DNA of 64,000 nucleotides from Octopus bimaculoides. Lineage: Eukaryota. The DNA lies in contig NC_068983.1 in the NCBI RefSeq assembly GCF_001194135.2, forward strand, positions 11,058,011 to 11,122,010, read 5' to 3'. A program made the position numbers and the translations under genes. The notes beneath the pieces are model-generated. The model was not told the origin of the DNA, did no database searches, and saw only the letters and a list, made by a program, of their open reading frames with translations. Positions 26,308 through 40,949 of the stretch are shown piece after piece (within the stretch, counting starts at the first letter, position 1; the number at the start of each line of letters is the position of its first letter).

Positions 26308-27513
26308 NNNNNNNNNNNNNNNNNNNNNNNNNNNNNNNNNNNNNNNNNNNNNNNNNNNNNNNNNNNNNNNNNNNNNNNNNNNNNNNNNNNNNNNNNNNNN
26401 NNNNNNNNNNNNNNNNNNNNNNNNNNNNNNNNNNNNNNNNNNNNNNNNNNNNNNNNNNNNNNNNNNNNNNNNNNNNNNNNNNNNNNNNNNNNNNNNNNNN
26501 NNNNNNNNNNNNNNNNNNNNNNNNNNNNNNNNNNNNNNNNNNNNNNNNNNNNNNNNNNNNNNNNNNNNNNNNNNNNNNNNNNNNNNNNNNNNNNNNNNNN
26601 NNNNNNNNNNNNNNNNNNNNNNNNNNNNNNNNNNNNNNNNNNNNNNNNNNNNNNNNNNNNNNNNNNNNNNNNNNNNNNNNNNNNNNNNNNNNNNNNNNNN
26701 NNNNNNNNNNNNNNNNTTTTATTTTTTGTCAGAGATAGCAATCTAGCACTACAGTTAGAAAGGAAAAAAAACAAAAACAAAAAGCAAAGAGAAAGAAAAA
26801 GTTCTGTCTACAGTTTTGCCATACAACTGACTCCTAGCTGAAATAACTGAAATCTTTCAACAGACATATCATTCCTCCTATGTTTCTTTGTTTCATTCCA
26901 ACTCTGATTTATTTTTTTTTTATCTTTACATTGCATTTTTTTTTTTTTATCCCTGTACTTGTTTGTTTTATTTTTTTAGCTCTTACATAATTTCTTTTAT
27001 TACCTATAAATTAGCACCTGATTTTTTTTCTTCTTCACCTTGTTTAGTTTGATAGGAACCTTTGTTTTTTAGTATCACCCACTTCTGTATCTATATGTTA
27101 TTTATGTTTATACTACCTTTATACTACCATCTAATGCGTACTTTCATGATGCGTTGTGAGTACACCAGCATAAACACTGCTGGAAGATATGCATCACATC
27201 ACCACGTGCTTCCATGCATATATATATATATATATATATTTCGAGCGTGGCCGTTTTCGTGCGGGTGACACGTAAAAGCACCCACTACACTCTGAGTGGT
27301 TGGCGTTAGGAAGGGCATCCAGCTGTAGAAACTCTGCCAAATTAGATTGGAGCCTGGTGTAGCCATCCGGTTGCACCAGTCCTCAGTCAAATCGTCCAAC
27401 CCATGCTAGCATGGAAAGCGGACGTTAAACGATGATGATGATGATGATGATATATATACCGGAGTAAGCACATGAAATGTGCAACAAGGTGGAAAAAAGA
27501 GTACTCAAATACC

Positions 27514-28300
27514 NNNNNNNNNNNNNNNNNNNNNNNNNNNNNNNNNNNNNNNNNNNNNNNNNNNNNNNNNNNNNNNNNNNNNNNNNNNNNNNNNNNNNNN
27601 NNNNNNNNNNNNNNNNNNNNNNNNNNNNNNNNNNNNNNNNNNNNNNNNNNNNNNNNNNNNNNNNNNNNNNNNNNNNNNNNNNNNNNNNNNNNNNNNNNNN
27701 NNNNNNNNNNNNNNNNNNNNNNNNNNNNNNNNNNNNNNNNNNNNNNNNNNNNNNNNNNNNNNNNNNNNNNNNNNNNNNNNNNNNNNNNNNNNNNNNNNNN
27801 NNNNNNNNNNNNNNNNNNNNNNNNNNNNNNNNNNNNNNNNNNNNNNNNNNNNNNNNNNNNNNNNNNNNNNNNNNNNNNNNNNNNNNNNNNNNNNNNNNNN
27901 NNNNNNNNNNNNNNNNNNNNNNNNNNNNNNNNNNNNNNNNNNNNNNNNNNNNNNNNNNNNNNNNNNNNNNNNNNNNNNNNNNNNNNNNNNNNNNNNNNNN
28001 NNNNNNNNNNNNNNNNNNNNNNNNNNNNNNNNNNNNNNNNNNNNNNNNNNNNNNNNNNNNNNNNNNNNNNNNNNNNNNNNNNNNNNNNNNNNNNNNNNNN
28101 NNNNNNNNNNNNNNNNNNNNNNNNNNNNNNNNNNNNNNNNNNNNNNNNNNNNNNNNNNNNNNNNNNNNNNNNNNNNNNNNNNNNNNNNNNNNNNNNNNNN
28201 NNNNNNNNNNNNNNNNNNNNNNNNNNNNNNNNNNNNNNNNNNNNNNNNNNNNNNNNNNNNNNNNNNNNNNNNNNNNNNNNNNNNNNNNNNNNNNNNNNNN
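27514..28300. other. Assembly gap; other gaps at 7082-7139, 8541-8640, 9800-10258, 26308-26715, 38469-38560, 54199-54208
   Basis: N runs; the long X-containing ORFs are artefacts. Confidence 1.
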
Positions 28301-31300
28301 NATATATATAGGCACAGGTATAGCTGTGTGTGATTAAGAAGCTAGCTTCCCAGCCATGTACACTTGGGTTCAGTCCTACTGCATACCACCTTCGGCAAAT
28401 GTCTCTGATATAGCATCCTATATATGTTATGTGTATGTACTTTTGTCCAGACATCATGTGTTGATTGTAAATGAGCATCATCATCATCATACAAGCAAGA
28501 TTGTTGTTTTAATCCCAGGTCAGCCTTAATGCAGTAGACCTATGGTGAAAAGTATTCCAGGCTTAGCTTCCCATTTTTCCCTATATGCAGGAAAATGTAG
28601 ACTGCATTATTCCATGTCAGAGTCGGTTTCTCTTCTTTTAATATAGTAAAGTGTGATTTGAGAAAGAATTGGTTACTGTTTCTAACAGGTTGAGCAACCA
28701 CTAGCTACTCCACCATTAGTGTTTTCGAGCATTGTGCATCTAGGACAAATTTATCAAATGTCTGCTTTCTTTCTTATTTTTAAGAAAGTAGGGTATGATC
28801 TTAGGCAGATTTGGGCCTGCTGTTTCTAGTGTGTCAATTCATTGCATAAATTTTTCTCCATTGGCTCAGATGAAAATAGTTAGAGATCATGTTCAGAGGA
28901 GTGAAGGCTATTTCATTTAATCTTAGTAGAGTAGTAAGAATGGTATGCAGTTCTATTGAAAATTAAGCAGGGGAATTGGTGAGGATTTTTGAGTGGCTTT
29001 CATTTCCAAAATTGTTTCCCTTAAATCAGACAGGAAGAATGAATGATTCCAGTAAAACAAATCATAGTGCTTGTCAGATACTGAGATTTTGTAACTGACA
29101 ATCGCTGTACCGATAAGGAGATGCTTGGCAATGTGACAGAAACTTGTGCTACAAGTGCTTACAATAATTTGGGTTGCTCTTGATTTTTTTTTTTTCTTTT
29201 TCGAGGATCTTATTAAGCTTCTGTTTTTTTTTCCACTTATGTATGCGTGTCTCTCTCTTTTTATATGTGTGTATGTATATATACATGCTTGTATGTGTGT
29301 ATTTGTGTTTGTGTATCATGTTTTTCTCCCTCCTCACCATCAACTCCAGAGTAAAACTGATTGGCCTAAAGAGTACAAGAGAGCCCTCCTTGGAGTGATG
29401 AAATTAACAGAAGCTGATTGTTTTAGATTAGTTTGTTTTTCTTTGAAATTTCTGCAGGTTTAGAACATCGGCGTTGGTTAAAATGAATGAAGTTTATGAT
29501 GTGCATGATTGCTTGTGTGTGTGTGTGTGTGTAGAAGGAAGATTTTGTTGTGGAAGAAACATCAGTTATCGGGGAGTTTTCCTTTATTTATTACTGTTGA
29601 TGTTGTTTAGTCCCAGTTAGCCCTAGTTGAGCAGACATGTGATCAAAAGCAAGCAGAAGATCGGCAGTTTGGGTGTAGGTGGCAAGTCATTTACATCAAC
29701 CCCAGTAATTGCTTGGTACTTTATTTTATTGACCCAGGAGGGATAGAAAGCAACTTTGCAAGGTTATTACTTTAAAGTAAGGCAGTGAGTTGGCAGAATT
29801 CTTAATGTGTCAGAGAGAATTCTTAGCAACTTTCATTTTGACTTATTACATTCTGAGTTCAGATCCTACCATGCCTTGCTTTAAAATAACATTCTTAAAT
29901 TGACATTGACCTATAGCTGTTGAAGCTAGACATCAGCCACATTAATCTCACTAGTAAGGGCGAGGCTCCAAAAATCATGGCCACTGTCTACTGCTGATTA
30001 ACTTAAAAGTAGCTACAAGCTTATATTACTGGAGGCAGGACCACTATCTTGGCTTTCCAACACTATTAATGGATAAATAGACTATGAGGTTGCCTTTATT
30101 GTTGTTTAACTCTTCGGGTTTCTCTATCAAAATTAATGTTTATTTATTTACATTATTTTTGAATTAATCATGGACTATCTTTTGGCTTTGAGATTTCAGT
30201 GATGTGATTGTATATTTCTAAAATGACATTGTAGTGTAGATGTAGAGGCTTGGTCTGGTCAGTTTGAACACAAAATTAGTAGAATATTTGGCCGGATATG
30301 GCCAGTTTAAATGCTAAAGGGTTAATCCAAGTCAGTTCTCATCGAGTATGGCCTAGTTGTGACCATCACATACAGGGCATCTAAAACTGCATACAAACCA
30401 GTATTTTCCACTTTTAAGGCAGTTGTGTGCGATTTGAGGGAGATTAAGTTATTACTTCTTGTAGGTTAAGTGTCCACACGAGGACTCTTTCATTGGCTTA
30501 TGAAACATTGCATTTGTAATTAAATATGACAATTATTTTCCTACTTATCTCCCAGTTCACCTGGTTGCAAAATATCAAGATGTTCTATCTTACTGCCAGT
30601 CTAAAGTGTGATACAGGACCAATGAAAACAGGTTGAAAGACCCTCAGCCATCACTTGATTATAGCTGGACATGTCTTGCTTCATCTTGGATATCTGATGT
30701 TCTACAATAACTGCAACTACTGACCAAATAACTAACTTCATGCTACATTGAGTGCATGAAGGTTCCCCCCCCCCTTTTTTTTTTGCTTTTGTTTTTTGCA
30801 ATTTATCATGCAAAAAAGATAAACAAATATTTAAAAAATACCTTCCCCATCTTTCTTTCTCTTCTATTCTCTCAAAATAACTGTTTGCATATCTTTGCTC
30901 TTGTTATTTTATTTTTATTTTTTTTCTTTGTATCATTTTTTTTTACATAATAATAATAATAGCCATGTCATTTCTATTATGCTGCCATAAACGTCATCTT
31001 CTTTGGCAAATATTTGGCAAGACTAAGCTATGATATGTATTTAGAAAGGTGGGTGTTGAATAATAATGATGATAATAATAATAACAACAACAACAACAAC
31101 AAGAGTGATAATAATGATGCTGATGGTGATGATGATTATGAGGTGATGATGATAATTATGATAAAATAGAAATTATAAATAAAACAAATCAGATATTTTT
31201 CTAGATGTTTATTATTGTTATTGTTTATTTTAATTTGCTTGTTGCTGTTATTATTATTATTATTATTATTATTGAGTGGAGGAGAACTGTTTATATTTTC

Positions 31301-31668
31301 CAGATGTCATCTGAGGGGACTAACAAAATGGGTGGGCGGCGTGGAATTTACCTTGCTCGTATTGTGATGATGATGATGATGATGATGACGATGCAGAGGA
31401 GGATGAGGATGTTAATGGTTATTTAGATGGGGCTATGCAAATTTACAAGCAGACACACGCATATGCATGCACACAGTATGCAGCCAGTGACGAGAATGCG
31501 TTTGCACGGTGTGCTAAACTAGGCATAATATGCATTGCTGATAATCTAAGCTCCATCATGATGATGATGATGATGATGATGATGGTAATGTTTAGAACCA
31601 AGAGCTAAGAAACTAAGAGAACTCTGAGAATGTTAGTTCTTTAAGGAGAAACATTTTATTCATACGCA

Positions 31669-31701
<33 letters not shown>

Positions 31702-32217
31702 GTATTGCTGCATTTCACTTAAAATTCTATCCCGAATATTTCTAACTTCATTTTTGTTTTTTTTCCTTTTTCCCTATCAGTTTTGTGGTGGCAGTTATGA
31801 TGGTTCTATGGTTAAACTCCAAGAAAGAGATTAAGATCTCATCAAGCTTACATCTCCAATGCCCCAGCATTAACTAATATGGAATAGCATAACACACGCA
31901 CACACACACACACACCTATATTCGTTCAGAGCTTCATAAATGTATTTTTGTGTATGTATTAATATTATATAAGAGAGGAAGGGTAATTACCTGTATATTT
32001 TTAGGTTGAGAAAAACAAAAAAGAAAAAGAGTTACTTATTATCTGTATATAGACACAGGCATGACTGTGTAGTAAGAAGCTTGCTTCCCAACCACGTGGT
32101 TCTGGGTTCAGTCCCACTGTGTGGCACTTTCAGCAAGTTTCTTCTACTATAGCCTTGGACCAATTGAAGCCTTGTGAGTGGATTTGGCAGACAGAAACTT
32201 AGAAAAGTCCATCATGT

Positions 32218-32347
<130 letters not shown>

Positions 32348-33609
32348 GCACACATATACGTGTGTGTCTGTGTTTGTTGCCCCACTGTCGCTTGACAACC
32401 AGTGTTGGTGTGTTTACATCCCTGTAACCTAGTGGTTCAGCATAAAGGGACCAATAGAATAAGAATAAAGCAGTGAGCTGGCAGAAACGTTAGCACGCCG
32501 GGCGAAATGCTTAGTGGTATTTCGTCTGCCATTACGTTCTGAGTTCAAATTCTGCCGAGGTCCACTTTGCCTTTCATCCTTTCAGGGTCGATAAATTAAT
32601 TACCAGTTACGCACTGGGGTCAATGTAATCGACTTAATCCCTTTGTCTTTCCTTGTTTGTCCCCTCTATGTTTAGTCCCTTGTGGGCAATAAAAAAATAA
32701 GAATAAGTATTGGGCTTACAAAAAACAAGTCCTGGGGTCGATTTCTTTGACTAAAACCCTTTAAGGCAGTGCTCCAGCATGGCCGTAGTCAAATGACTGA
32801 AACAAGTAAAAGAATAAAAAAAGATATACATGTAAAAAAATAATAATAATAATCCCTATGCCTAATGTAAATTTATCCTACTGAAATCCATCTCAACACC
32901 ATTGAAAGTTTCGCATTTCCAATTTTCATTTTTCTCTCTTTACTGCTATTATTACCTTTCCACAGCAAATATTGACACATGAAAGAATGGTTTCTTTCTC
33001 CTTTCTTTGCTACTTTCTCTTCTATCATTGCCACCGTTGGTGTTAATGATACAACCACACAATTCCCACTCATGTGACCTTCACAAAATGGGTGACACAA
33101 ATTTAGTATAAAGTTTAATCTCAATTAACGAATATCCCCCACCCCATTTCTGTTCAGAGCTACCACGACAAGTCTTATTGATTATTGATTATCCAAAATT
33201 GCGATAGTTGTCTGCTACTGACTGCCTCTCTGTGTGTGTATGTGTGTGTAATTATTTAATCCCAGGTTTCTATGCTAGCATAGGTTGGCTGGTTTGACAG
33301 TCATTGGAGCTGTCAAATCATAAGACTGCTGAACTCAATTGTCTACTCTGGCAGTTTCTATGAATGGATGCTCTTCCTAATGCCAACTTGATATACTTAA
33401 TGCTTTTATATATAGGTGCAGATATGGTTGTGGATTTAAGAAATTTGCTTCCCAGCCACATGGTTTCAGTTTTACCGCATGGTTTCTTTACTGAAACTCC
33501 CAGTCCCTTGTAAGTAGATTTGGTGGACAGAAATTAGAAACCCATCAAGTGTGTGTGTGTGCATTTGTGATTTCATATTTCTTCATCCATATGTGTGCTT
33601 CATTCATCA

Positions 33610-34373
33610 GTTTGTAAATAATGGTGTAGCATCACTTTTTCTCCTGAAGGTTGTCTTGAATTTCTATTTTGCTGGCAATTCCTGATGTTTTGGATTCTGG
33701 TTCAAAGTGATGAACCCAGGTCTCATCTCCTGTGACTATTCTCTCCAAAAAAGCTTTGCCTTCATTATTGTAATGGTCAAATAAGCATTGACCGATCCCC
33801 ACACGATTGCTCTTGTGCTCTTCTGTAAGCTCTCTTGGCAGCTATCCCCCACAACCTTTATGAAAGCAAAATTTGTCATGGATATCGTATGCAGAACCAT
33901 GTCTAATTTGCAGAGAACATGCCACCTCATTGATGGTTGCTTGTCGATTCTCCAGAATCATCTCTTGAGCTTGTTGAATCTTCAGGTCAGTGGTGGAGGT
34001 TGATGGGTGCCCTACGCCCTCTTCATGCTTCACACTTGTCCATCTATTTTAAAACTCTTCAATCCAGTCATACACATGTTTAGACAATCGAGTGCTGTCT
34101 CTACATTGTGCTGAAAGCCCACAACAAATTTCAGCCCCTGACACACCCTCAGACCAGAGAAATCAGATCACTGAACTCTGTTCTTCCTTGGTACACACTG
34201 CCTGTGGAGCGGCCATGTTTATTCTGTAACACAAGAAAGAAAACTGGAGCGATCAATGTCAAGCCTCCATTATGTAACCACCAGAGTATCACCTTTTGGC
34301 ACACAAGAACCAAAGGCAGTGCAGCCAGTCTAAAGAAAATTTTGGAAAAAGTGCAGATAATTTTTGACTTCCC
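33610..34373 (-). mobile_element. Truncated mariner (Tc1/mariner) transposase remnant with one terminus
   Basis: ATG at 34216: MAAPQAVCTKEEQSSVI*FLWSEGVSGAEI...; later ELTEEHKSNRVG and RIVTGDETWVHHFEPESK (first catalytic Asp, GDETW); stops and frameshifts; ends at ccc|TA near 34373. Confidence 0.85.
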
Positions 34374-36123
34374 TATGTATGTAGGTGTGTGTACGAGATG
34401 CACTATTTTCAGTTTCTGTCTACCAAATCCACTCACAAGGCTTTGGTCATCCCAAAGTCCCACATTGTAGGACTGAACCCAAAACCTATCGTTTGGGAAG
34501 CAAACTTCTTAACTATACAACCACATCTGTTCTTCCATGGAGACCTCAAACAGTAGCTCTATGTAGGCCCTTAATATATAAAATACATTCATATATCGGT
34601 CTTCATTTTTTTCCCCTCTTTCTTCTTATTGTAATTTGCCCACATTTACTCTTAGATTACTCTTTTACTTGTTCCAGTCATTTGACTGGCCATGCTGGAG
34701 CACCGCCTCTAGTCGAGCAAATCGACCCCAGGACTTATTCTTTGTAAGCCTAGTACTTATTCTATCGGTGTCTTTTGCCGAACCGCTAAGTTACGGGGAC
34801 GTAAACACACCAGCATCGGTTGTCAAGCGATGTTGGCGGGGACAAACATATACACACACACATACGTATATATACATACATATATATGAAGGGCTTCTTT
34901 CAGTTTCCGTCTACCAAATCCACTCGCAAGGCTTTGGTCGGCCCGAGGCTATAGTAGAAGACACTTGCCCAAGATGCCACGCAGTGGGACTGAACCCGGA
35001 ACCATGTGTTTCGTAATCAAGCTACTTACCACACAGCCACTCCTACACCTGAAAATTGAAAAGAATTTTACCTTATGGTCTTCAAAAAGTTGCGAAACTG
35101 TGTGTTTGTGGATTCTGAAGACAGCAAATTGTGTGAGTTTAAAAGTTGGTTGGGATTGATTTGGCTGGCTTTCACTGTTTTGATTTTCAAAAGCATTGTG
35201 ATTGAAGCTCTGTTCCCACACAATGCCATTATCTCAACGCTGTCTTATTATGTCTGCAAAATATGACTGGTAAAGCATTAACACCATTTTGCAGACACTT
35301 ATTCCTGTACGCCACCTCCATGCCCTGCATATTCTTCCCTGCTTCAGCTTGGCCAAAGTGAGAGAGAGTGGTGTGTGTGGGGGAGATTTCATAGATAGCA
35401 ATCACTACCACAGAGGAATTCAGACTTCTTGAGTTTTAGAAAAAAATGTTTGAAATGACAAAAAAAAGAAACAGATGAGAAAGAGAGAGAGAAAGGAAAA
35501 GAAGAAGAAGAAAAAAATATAAGAAAATATATGAAGCGAATATATTTTTTTTTATTTCATTTTTTCCTTTTTTTTTCTTTCTTTCTCTTATTTTCTTTTT
35601 CTTTTCATATCCTCAAGATTAATTCCCCTCTCTGTCTGTCTGTCTGTCTCTCTCTCATATATCATGTGTTCTGTGCCATTTCTCTATTCTCTGCTGTAGT
35701 TACCTCTTCCTCTCTGCAAAGAATTAGTGCAAAGTCTCTCTCTCTCTCTCTTTCTCTCTTCTACCTCCGTAGAAGAAAAATTGTTTTATTTCTTTTTTTC
35801 TTCTCTTCCATTCCTTCATCACACCAGCACCAATGCACTTCTTTCTTTTTCGAAATGTTATTTTTGCTATACCATTACCACCGCCATCACCAGATTCATA
35901 TTTTCTTTTTTACTTGTAGTAAGAGGTGGGGGGGAGGTGACTGTTTGTGTGTGGCTGTGTGCGTGTGTGTGTGTGCATGCTTCTTCATGCCTGTTGAACA
36001 ATCATGCTAATATTCCAACAGACCTCTTCAGAAATATACAAGGAATTCTTTAGTTGAAAATTCAACATGCATGTAAACATCAAGAAACATTGTTGATGTT
36101 TTATTCTTATTTTAAATGCTGGC

Positions 36124-36177
<54 letters not shown>

Positions 36178-37624
36178 TGATGATGACAGCAACAACAACA
36201 TTAACATTTTCCTGTTATTATCATGTGTAGTGATGTATTTATGAAAGCATGCTTATGCATGAATATAAATGTGTTTTCTGAATGCATTTGAAGATAAGTA
36301 ATATTACTGCTTTCTGTAAGTATATGGTTTCACTTAGTAATCTCTCTTACAATGTTCTAAATAGAATATATATATAGTTAGTGATTTCTTAATATTTTCT
36401 AACTATTGGTCCTTAAAAGTAAAACATCAATGAAAAGCCAAAAAGTGCAATTGAGGCAATATTAAATAACAATAGCTATCTATGTATCATACTTAATGTA
36501 TATACACATTAGATAGGCCAGTTACTGCAGTATTGTCTTGAGATAGAATATCTTATGGATTTGATGTTTTAAAAGCAAAATAACTATCAGAGAGCAACAA
36601 AAAATCATCCCAGCAGCATCCAGTTAGTGTTGGATGTATTTCAACCTTATTTGTTGAATGAATATCTCAGATTGTGATGGAATTTATTTTAGATACACAC
36701 AATTGAGGTTTACTATAGTAATCAATCTTATGACTGGCCCTCGTGCTGGTGGCACGTAAAAGCACCCACTACACTCTCTGAGTGGTTGGCGTTAGGAAAG
36801 GCATCTAGCTGTAGAAACTCTGCCAAATCAGATTGGAGCCTGGTGCAGCCTTCTGGTTCGCCAGTCCTCAGTCAAATCGTCCAACCCATGCTTGTTTTAC
36901 TGTGTTTTACCATGTCGTCATGGCTCTGTCATACAGCATATCATTGCTAATCTCAAACCTTTGTCATCTCCCGTGTAAGGCTCAACACCCTGAGATCTGG
37001 CCTTGGCACTTCTTCCAATGATTTACTCCAACTTTTCCCTGTCTCACCATCATAAGGAATCCTTTATGCAGACAGTGAATCTTATGGTGTTCCTTCAGTC
37101 CACCTCTTGTCCTAAGATACCAATTTCTCATGAACAAATTCCTTCCATATCTGCCAGTGTTTCACTTGATATTGGGCATCACTAACGATTACCTTTAGTT
37201 TTTCAAGATCTTTTCCCTCTGCTATTCTACATACATAACACTTTTCAACTAACACTAAGCTACATCCCCCAATACCCCACCCCCACCCTTCTCTCTTTCT
37301 CTCTCTTTCTCTTTCTTCCTTTTTCTCATCTTTTTTTTTTAATGCATATATATATAAACAAACATAAATTGTCTCCTGGGGTGTAAAAACATTTTTTCTG
37401 TCTTTTTATTTTTTGTATTTTGTCAAAAAACTGTCCTATCTCTTTGCACATTACTTCTTGGATCCTCTGATTACATACCATTCCTCTAATGTTTGCAATT
37501 TTGCACAACAGTTATTTCACACACTGGTTTTTTTCAAAACATTATGCATTCTTGATCTTTCAGCAAGTAATGCCATTTTTTCTTTCCTTTTATCATTGTG
37601 TTATTGGTGGTAGTGGTGGTGGTC

Positions 37625-37676
<52 letters not shown>

Positions 37677-39266
37677 CTGTAGTGGTGGTGGTAGTAGTAG
37701 TAGTGTTGTAGTAGTAGTAGTAGTAGTGTTGTTGTTGTAGTAGTATTGTAGTAGTACTGTAGTGGTGGTGGTGGTAGTAGTAGTAGTAGTACTGTAGTGG
37801 TGGTGGTAGTAGTAGTAGTAGTGTAGTGGTAGTAGTAGTAGTACTATAGTGGTGGTGGTGGTAGTAGTAGTAGTAGTAGTACTGTGGTGGTAGTAGTAGT
37901 TCTGTAGTGGTGGTAGTAATAGTAGTAGTAGTAGGTTAGCAGAATTGTTTGAGTGTCGGAAATATTCCTTTGTAGTAATCAGTTGTGTCACTCGTATGTC
38001 CTGGGTTCATGTCCCACCAAGGTCAACTTTGCCTTTCATCCTTCCAAGGTTGATAAAATAAAGCACCAGTTGAGTCCTTTGGTAGGTAATGTAGGTAAGA
38101 GTCGATGACGTGGTGAAGTTAACCCTTCTCCTCAAAAATATCTGGCCCTGTGCCCTATGTCAGAAACAATTATTATTTTGAATATTTCATTTTATAAGAA
38201 TTGGTATTGTGTCGAATGCAAACTCAGTTGTAGTTATGCATTTTTTTTTTCTGTTGATTTGAAAAATAAAAATTATAAAAATTGTTAGGCGCTTGAGTGG
38301 CTGTGTGGTAAGTAGCTTGCTTACCAACCACATGGTTTCGGGTTCAGTCCCACTGCGTGGCACCTTGGGCAAGTGTCTTCTACTATAGCCTCGGGCTGAC
38401 CAAAGCCTTGTGAGTGGATTTGGTAGACAGAAACTGAAAGAAGCCCATCGCATATATGTGTGTGTATANNNNNNNNNNNNNNNNNNNNNNNNNNNNNNNN
38501 NNNNNNNNNNNNNNNNNNNNNNNNNNNNNNNNNNNNNNNNNNNNNNNNNNNNNNNNNNNNGTGTGTTTGTGTGTCTGTGTATGTCCCCCCAGCATCACTT
38601 GACAACCGATGTTGGTGCATTTATGTCCCCGTAACTTAGTGGTTCGGCAAAAGAGACCGAATGAATAAGTACTAGGCTTCCAAAGAATAAATCCTGGGGT
38701 CAATTTGCTCGACAAAAAGGCGGTGCTCCAGCATGGCCGCAGTCAAATGATTGAAACAAGTAAAAGAGAGTATCTGATTCATTGCTGCCATTTTAACTGG
38801 AAGTTGAACAAGGTTCAATCTCAGCTGGCTTGCAGACAACTTAAAACTTGATTGTTTATTTATTTTCTCTTTGCTTTGGGGATCCTGACATCTTATTTTA
38901 GACACTGTTTAGATCTTGGTTCTTAAGGTAATTTGATTCTTTGTTCGCTGCTGTACCAGTATGGCCTCTCTCGTTCTATAAATACTGCTGAATCAGTTAT
39001 GTATTAGCTTGCATTTTAATCCCAGGCTACTAAAATACCTGCTGTAATTGAATGTTACACATGCATTATTTATTCAGCTCTTTCTTTTGTTTATGCAAAA
39101 CCTCAAGCCTCATCACCATGAGACTTTCATTCTTTCACTGAAATATCTCTTTTCTTCCAAAAACAACTGTCTCACACCACCATTACTCTTCACTTTTTTG
39201 CTTAGGTTCAGTTAGTGCAATACTTGTGGCTTTATCTGAATGTTACTCTAACCTTTTGTGTGTTTC

Positions 39267-39325
<59 letters not shown>

Positions 39326-39847
39326 GTCAAACTTACAAATGTCATTTTAACCTTTCCTATATTTACTGTCTGGTTGTTTTATTAATAACAGTAGTCTTCA
39401 TAGCAATGTCAGAGGGATGATTTAACCCACCAAACCTGTATATGAAAAGCAACTGCACTTAAAAGACCCCTAAACAGATTTAGATAAAAGGAACCAGAAG
39501 ATTCCTCCATTGCCCCTTTTTAATGAGCTAAAAATATGGACGTATGGATCACTCTTATATAGTTAGTCAAACTGTTACTTCTCCCCTGTTTATAGAATAT
39601 ATTTTCCGTCCTAAAAACGTAAATAAAAATCCTCTCTAGACATGGTTGTAACCCTAAAATTAGGAGACCAGAAAATCTCTAGCTGCTTGCTATTATATAC
39701 AGCCACTATTCGGTTGTTCTGCTGTAGTTAGTGCTACACTAGCACCAAGTATTTAGAACTAGTAACAAATTCATACAGAGGAATGTCTTTGTAATTCTTG
39801 TTCACCTACCTCAGTTACAACTATAGTTACATCTGTGTTTTCTTCAT

Positions 39848-39912
<65 letters not shown>

Positions 39913-40307
39913 ACAAATAACATGTGAGTATATGCATATATATGTACATGTATGTAGGGGTTGTATGATAGTGTATAGAGGAATATATTATTCAAAAGAG
40001 ATCCAACTCTGTTTTTTTATGTTTTATTTATATTCTTATAATATTAATGTAGGATTTAGAATATATAATATATACAGTAAAATGAAATGAAGTATTGATT
40101 GTCTTATTGAATAAATGAAATATTAAATTTTAAAGAACTAGTATACTTTCTTGCATTTCAACAGTCTTCAAGGTCCCAGGTTGTGTAAACATAAGGACAC
40201 ACGAAATGTGTCACGGCTGACAGGAAGCGGTGCTGCTTCCTAGGACTAAATAGCAGTAGTATTATTCCCTTCATGGGACTGTCATATTAAGTTGACAGCA
40301 TGCAACT

Positions 40308-40345
<38 letters not shown>

Positions 40346-40737
40346 GTTATTCGATTACACTGAACCCAGAAAGATGCAAGGCAAGGTCAACCTCAGCAGA
40401 ATTTGAACTCATAATCAATGTTATATAATCATTGCATTCATTCATGTTTATCAACTTGTTAAATGATTTATCTATCTACATGTTGTCGAAACAGCTGTAA
40501 ACCCTGGAAGAAATGTGATGCCACCAACTCCATTCTTTCCTTGTTTTATTTATTTATATATACGCATACACACACATATATACACATATATACATACTCT
40601 ATGAATCTAGAACCTAGAGGACTCGTCCAAACTTATTGTACACATACACATCCTCTAATAATAACAGCATCCAGATCTTACATCATATCCAGCAAATTCT
40701 GTGGTTATTTTGTTTACATTTTTTCTTTTTTTTTCAG

Positions 40738-40917
40738 GCAATTTTCTAGTTTTGAATTCAACCGTGATGGTGAAGTCGTTATGATTGCTGAACCATACCA
40801 TCAGTCACATCAATCACACCACCATCAGCAGCAGCAGTCAACATCTATGGTCTCACAGTGTCTTTCTCAATCTCTCGATATGGATACTGAAAACCTTCCA
40901 TTAAATCTCTCTGTCTC

Positions 40918-40949
<32 letters not shown>

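Noticed and set aside
9674-28490. Long ORFs in the track containing X runs (9674-10380, 26157-26780, 27387-28490)
   Set aside because: They only span N-gaps and microsatellites; no coding evidence.
31304-31610. Acceptor-like ttttccag at 31303 followed by an acidic frame (DDDDDDDDDAEEDEDVNGYLDG...)
   Set aside because: The acidic frame is closed by stops just after the acceptor, derives from (GAT)n repeats, has no clean donor and no recognisable homology; at most a non-coding exon.
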